From Octopus vulgaris (Eukaryota), in assembly GCA_951406725.2 (NCBI GenBank), contig OX597831.1:16368001-16432000 (forward strand): 64,000 bases of DNA, read 5' to 3'. Made by a program: the position numbers and the translations under genes. Shown here piece after piece: positions 56,517 to 64,000 of the stretch; position 1 is the first letter of the stretch; every line of letters begins with the position of its first letter. The notes beneath the pieces are model-generated. The model saw nothing but the letters and a program-made list of their open reading frames with translations, was not told where the DNA came from and searched no databases.

Positions 56517-57163
56517 ATACTAAGCAATAAAGGGTTTAGCAACGAATTGCCTTACCACAGACCGAATTTAGAAATAGCAGTCAAAGAGTTATAGCTATTT
56601 CTTCTACTAAAAGGAGATCTCAGTAAAAAACACAGCAATTGGAAGGCAGACACAAACAGGTAAGAGAGAATGAATTGACGGCAACCTATCATACAATTTT
56701 AAGTTATCTACGGACGCACGTTTCGAAATCAAGTTTTTAGGAAAGCATGAGAATTAAATATTAAATAATTCTACGTTACCCAAACTTCTTTTCTCTTCAG
56801 CGTAGAATACTATAATCATAAGTGATTATATATTGAATTTTGAGATACTAGAAGGCACCAACTCAACTCAGTATCAGAGCGAGCTCTGATACTGAGTTGA
56901 GTTGGTGCCGTAAATTATTTAATATTTAATTCTCATGCTTTCCTAAAAACTTGATTTCGAAACGTGCGTCCGTAGATAACTTAAAATTGTATGATAGATT
57001 GCCGTCAATTCATTCTCTCTTACCTGTTTGTGTCTGCCTTCCAATCGCTGTGTTTTTTACTGAGATCTCCTTTTTAGTAGAAGAAATAGCTATAACTCTT
57101 TGACTGCTATTTCTAAATTCGGTCTGTGGTAAGGCAATTCGTTGCTAAACCCTTTATTGCTTA

Positions 57164-57167
<4 letters not shown>
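56517..57167. repeat. Long inverted repeat (arms about 255 bp) enclosing a perfect 27-bp hairpin at 56854-56909
   Basis: Direct comparison of both arms; inner ggcaccaactcaactcagtatcagagc-GA-gctctgatactgagttgagttggtgcc. Confidence 0.95.
56707..56806 (-). ncRNA. Type I hammerhead ribozyme motif (minimal stem III)
   Basis: Minus strand TCTACG-CTGAAGA-GAAA...TTTC-GAAAC-gtgc-GTC-CGTAGA: perfect 6-bp stem I, canonical core, GUC cleavage triplet. Confidence 0.8.
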
Positions 57168-57210
<43 letters not shown>

Positions 57211-57237
57211 CATATACACAAACACACATACACACAT

Positions 57238-57270
<33 letters not shown>

Positions 57271-58629
57271 ACTTTTTCCGTGTTTATTGAGCGTCGATCT
57301 AATGCATTCCATACGCTCATCTGGAATCATTGTCAGAAGATCCAGTTTCTCTTTGGAAGATACATACATCGACACCAGCCAGGCCTCTCAGACATGTTAC
57401 AAGCCTATTGAATAGTTGTAGGCCTTGAAACCCAAGCTGTTGCAGTATCTGTTCTGTTTTAATCTTGATGCTCGGAATTCTATATATGATGAGCCTCTTC
57501 TATGTTCTGTCTACCAAATTAACCCATACATCTTCGGTCACCCGGAAGTATGTTTGAAACCATTAGCCCATGTTGCTACACAGAAGAACTAACCCGGAGA
57601 TATGTGATAAGGGAGCAAGCTTCGTATAACACAGTCACGTCTGCGCCTATTTCTTGTAAGTTTCTATTACGTGATAATGCATATAACTGCCAACATTTAT
57701 CACTCTCTCCCTCTTTGTTTTTGTCTCTCTATATTTATTTATCCCGTCATGCATTATCGTTTGAATGCAGATGTGTAGCTAGTAATAGTTGGTTATTGTG
57801 CAGAACGATGTCTACGTTTGTTTATGTGGGACAATGTGTGCCGCTGCTATAATACTTATTTTAATAACACCAATCAAACCATTGTCTTTAGAATTAGGAT
57901 AATATCTCTAGTTATACAGATTACAAGAAAGAATGGATGAATAAAAATAAAACAAAACAGTTGTGGGCAATTTTACTTTATGTACCAATCTATAACGACA
58001 CCTATTCACATTGATCAAATAGCAGTATTTTTTTGGTATTATGTTTTGGAAGCGTCACTATGCCAGTAATGTTCTCTAAAGACTATGTGTATTCTAAAAA
58101 TAAAAACGCTTTTTGAAGTCAATTATAGCTCTTAAAAGTTAAATGTGTTTGAGACGTTTTCTATTTTCCATAGGTCTAAAAAGAAATGTTCTTCGCGTCG
58201 GTGTTAGTGTAGTGAAATCATAATGAATCATTCGGTTTCTTTGCCTGATGTTTGGATATGTTTAGATCTGGAAATTAAGCCTGTGTAAAAACTATTTCAT
58301 ATATCGTATATTTCTTATGTTTTTATGAGAAAATAATTTGATGGTAAATTAGTTTTACCTACAATGTTGTAGGTGCATTGTTATCGATAATATTTTATCA
58401 TAAATGCTAATAGTTTTCAGATTATTCTAAACTGAATTTTGGAGAGAAGTATGATACATTCTCCAACATATCAGATTGTTATAAACAGTTTCGTTCGGTT
58501 AGTAATATACATTATTACTACAACAATTTGTTTGCATCCTATAGTGTCAATATAATTTTCAAGATTTAGATTGTGAAATAAGTGCCTTTTGTTCTAGGTT
58601 TTTACATTGTTTCGCTAATTCATTCCTAA

Positions 58630-59300
58630 GAGCCAATCATTGGACTATACGAGTTGGTATCAAAATTTACCAAGTCTACTTCTGTAGCGCTCCAACATAT
58701 GGCAGCACATTGTTACATGCGTACTCAGACGTAGCAAAATCCTTGCGAATGCTTTGGCAAGATTGCAGCGATGAGGCACTTGGTCATAAGCAATGATTAA
58801 AGTGGCAAGAGCGCTTCAAAATCTAAAGAATATCACTGGAAAAATATCTCTGATCGGGAAGAGCTGCCACGATCATCATCCCCGGAAATTGGAGAAAAGT
58901 TATCCGCTTATGCACGAGGATCGTCGAAAGAGATTTCGAAGCGTTTAAGGGAAGTCATTCGGTTTCAGCGACCGGATCTGTGAAGCGTGAAGGATTGGAT
59001 AATTCGCTATGAAAACGGACCCTGTCACCGAACCTTCCTCACTCGTATTTCCCTTACTTAAAACAATATGTCATCGCTTCCACATTCACTTGTGTGCCTG
59101 TTGAAGCGCTTGTGGACTTCCATCTCTTCTCCAAGATTAAAATCTATTTCAAAGGTCTGCGTGGTATCACCACTTATAGAAAACAACTCCTAAGCCGGAT
59201 TCGAAGAGTCACACAAACGCTGCGGCACTTATGCTGCTGCAGAAGTGGTGATCTTGAAAGTGTTGATGTTAAAACATGTAAATAAGATTTATTTTTATTA
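58630..59300 (+). mobile_element. Decayed mariner transposase relic
   Basis: Broken motifs KWQERFK, SGR, YENGPCH (cf. HDNAPxH), DFHLFSKIK..FKG. Confidence 0.6.
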
Positions 59301-59927
59301 ACGATATCTAATTCAGTATCATTCTACCTCCCACATTAGAATAATTACTTGTGAAACTCTCCTGGTAGAAAATTCTACAAAGATTATTCATTAGTGTAAG
59401 GCGATAATTATTGTTTAATACGCAGTTGAAGGCAATTATCTTTAACGAAGAGACAGCTAAATGAACAACTAAAGAATTTCCCCTATATTAATCATTATCA
59501 ATAAACCTAGTGACAACCGTATTGCATATGAACAAACAATATTTGTATTATAATCATTTAAAACCCACTCAAGCATAAAGCAATGTTACTTAACGCGCAA
59601 TATTTTCAATGTGACACCACGACGAGAAGGTATTAAATAGTGACTAGCAAAATAATAAATTCCAATTCGAAATCATAAAAAGAAAATTTTGCAAATACTA
59701 AGCTGCTAAAAGACGAGAGATTCTGGATAAAATTTAACCAAAACCATGTACCTAATATTCATAAAATATATATTGCAAATACTCTGTAAAAACGAAGAGA
59801 AAGGAGATGACTGTTTACATACGAAGGGTCGATATGATTAAATAAAATATATCATACATAAATTAACATCATTTGGCACAAAATTAACAATTAAAAATAA
59901 CCTGAAAAATATTTCTTTTACTTTTAG

Positions 59928-60027
59928 GTGGAGAGACGTACAACATGTGTCCTAAATTAGCAAAAAGACAGTGTGGGTTTCCCGTGTATTACTTCGAAAA
60001 CTTTGAACAGGATTTTTCATTTTGCAG
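59928..60027 (+). CDS. Copy D exon 2 (100 nt): (C)GETYNMCPKLAKRQCGFPVYYFENFEQDFSFC(R)
   Basis: cttttag|GT...TGCAG|gtacat; partly seen as the start of ORF 59945..60253. Confidence 0.9.
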
Positions 60028-60046
60028 GTACATATATATGTATATT

Positions 60047-62220
<2,174 letters not shown>

Positions 62221-62263
62221 ACAATATTTGTTTCAACACACGACTTCACATAAAAAATCTTGC

Positions 62264-62317
<54 letters not shown>

Positions 62318-62623
62318 AAACTTATTTGGAGAAGAGAAAACAACACGTGCGTTCGGTCATATAATATAATAAATAAAACATATGCATATATACATACATA
62401 TATGTACATACTTACATCTATATGTATATATACATGCATATATGAGTACAGGCCACCACAAATAAACGCAGAACACAACGAGAAACAAAAACATAAAATC
62501 AAACAAGGAAACAGACTTTTTTAACAACGAAAAAACAGAGTACAGGACAAAGAATACAAGGAAAATTCCCCTTCATCAGCTGCCCCTGGTTCGACTCAAT
62601 GCTAAAGAAATTCTAAAAGAAAA

Positions 62624-63338
62624 AAATTCTAATGCCAAATATGCCGATAATAGACAAAATCGTCAGTAACCATATAAGTTATCAATATAAGCACGCGTCT
62701 CGAAGTAATCCGACAGAAATTTCTAAAATAAATTCCGTTATAATCGCATTGATCCCAATTTCAGAGTTAATTCATAAGAACTTACTCCTCATCAGCGATA
62801 AATACGGTAAGAAATAAATAAAATACTTACTTATACCCATGGAAGAAGCAAACAATAAGTCATGAGCACACCTAAGTAACCTAAATATATCCAAAATAGA
62901 AATAGAAATATGCTGGCCATTGATAGAATTTTCTTCGGAAAACTTATTCTATATTAGATGTAAATATAATAGTGTTCACTTTCAGACTCTCTCACTCTAT
63001 GAGAGTTTTCAGTCTGATCGCACGTGTCTGGGGGTGTGCCAGGGAATTTCTATTTTGGATATATTTGGATATATCTATTTTGGATATTTAGGTGTGTTCA
63101 TGACTTAGTGTTTGCTTCTTCCATGGGTATAAGTAAGTATTTCATTTATTTCTTACCGTATTTATCGCTGACGAGGAGAAAATTCTTATGAATTAACTCT
63201 GAAATTGGGACCAATGCGATAATAACTGAATTTTTTTAGAAATTTCTGTCAGCTTACTTCAAGACGTGTGCTTATAGTGGTAAATTATGTGGTTATTGAC
63301 GATTTTGTCTATTTTCGGCATATTTGGTATTAGAATTT
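62624..63338. repeat. Long diverged inverted repeat, arms about 285 bp
   Basis: 62624-62910 vs 63045-63338 reverse complementary with scattered mismatches. Confidence 0.9.
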
Positions 63339-63966
63339 AATCTGTGGGTAAATGGCTAAAAGTTGCCTTGTTTGTAATTATACCATATTTTTATATATAT
63401 ATATATATCAACACTTTGAATATATATGCGAATATATACCAAAACTATTTAACATTCAATAGAATCTTCTCTTTTTCCTCCTGCCTTCAGCCTTCTACCC
63501 AATTCCCTTATCATGGTTTTGAGTAAAGAGTGCAATTAAAGGCAACATCTAATTTCCTTCACTCTAACGGAATTCGGACGTCTCTTATATATCAATCCTC
63601 CTTTCCGCTGCTTAGTCATCATGTCCTCGAAACTGTTAATATCTGCTGTTTTCATCACCTCCTTACTTTACACGGTAAGGGTTGCCAAGGTTTGATCTGG
63701 GCAGAGTTGATTGAACAGGGTTCGGCAATTAAGAGACATTCGCACTCATTTACCATCTTTAAGAGGCGTAGGTGAGAAAAGATGGCTTTCGGATGTATAT
63801 AATTGTATCGGATAGATGTTTATCAAATACCATAATCTGTCAGAATTGTTCTTGTTTCTCGACATAGAAGCTTCTTAATTAAAAAATGTAAACAAATTCA
63901 GAAATCTATAAATACTTTACATGTTTGCGTTGTTTCAAAACTCCTTTCTTTATGATTTCCCTGCAG

Positions 63967-64000
63967 ACTATTGCGACTCAAGGCTCACTGCATGTTTGGA
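63967..64000 (+). CDS. Copy D exon 3, truncated by the window edge: (R)LLRLKAHCMFG...
   Basis: tttccctgcag|A acceptor in phase 2; aligns with RKFYKVRHCLFG (A) and RNFRAKAPCLIG (C). Confidence 0.8.

Noticed and set aside
58421-58497. Exon-like segment in copy D intron 1
   Set aside because: Phase 1 to 0 is incompatible with exon 2, and there is no clear homologue in other copies.

Overview
AT-rich, microsatellite-dense animal genomic DNA. The SINE families and (TA)n/(TAA)n/(GAA)n load suggest a cephalopod, probably Octopus (inference). Most of the ORF track is microsatellite noise or transposon debris: a CR1/L2-type LINE, Penelope-like elements, an R4/Dong fragment, mariner/Tc1 relics, a Gypsy relic and tRNA-derived SINEs. 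The real host content is largely invisible to the ORF track: a same-strand (+) tandem array of at least five paralogous multi-exon mini-genes (end of copy 0, copies A, B, C, and copy D running off the right edge). They share a fixed exon plan: 37-nt signal-peptide coding exon, 100-nt exon, 88-nt exon, 39-nt exon (seen in A and B) and a ~60-nt terminal coding exon. The products are ~80-107 aa exported proteins with a six-cysteine frame C-x7-C-x16-C-x8-C-x7-C-x11-C and a moderately hydrophobic C-terminal tail. Copy A has a stop codon just before that tail. The introns also hold two well-formed type I hammerhead ribozyme motifs and several long fold-back repeats that look derived from Penelope terminal repeats. 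All gene models come from manual reading of splice sites and paralogue comparison; no transcript or database evidence was available.
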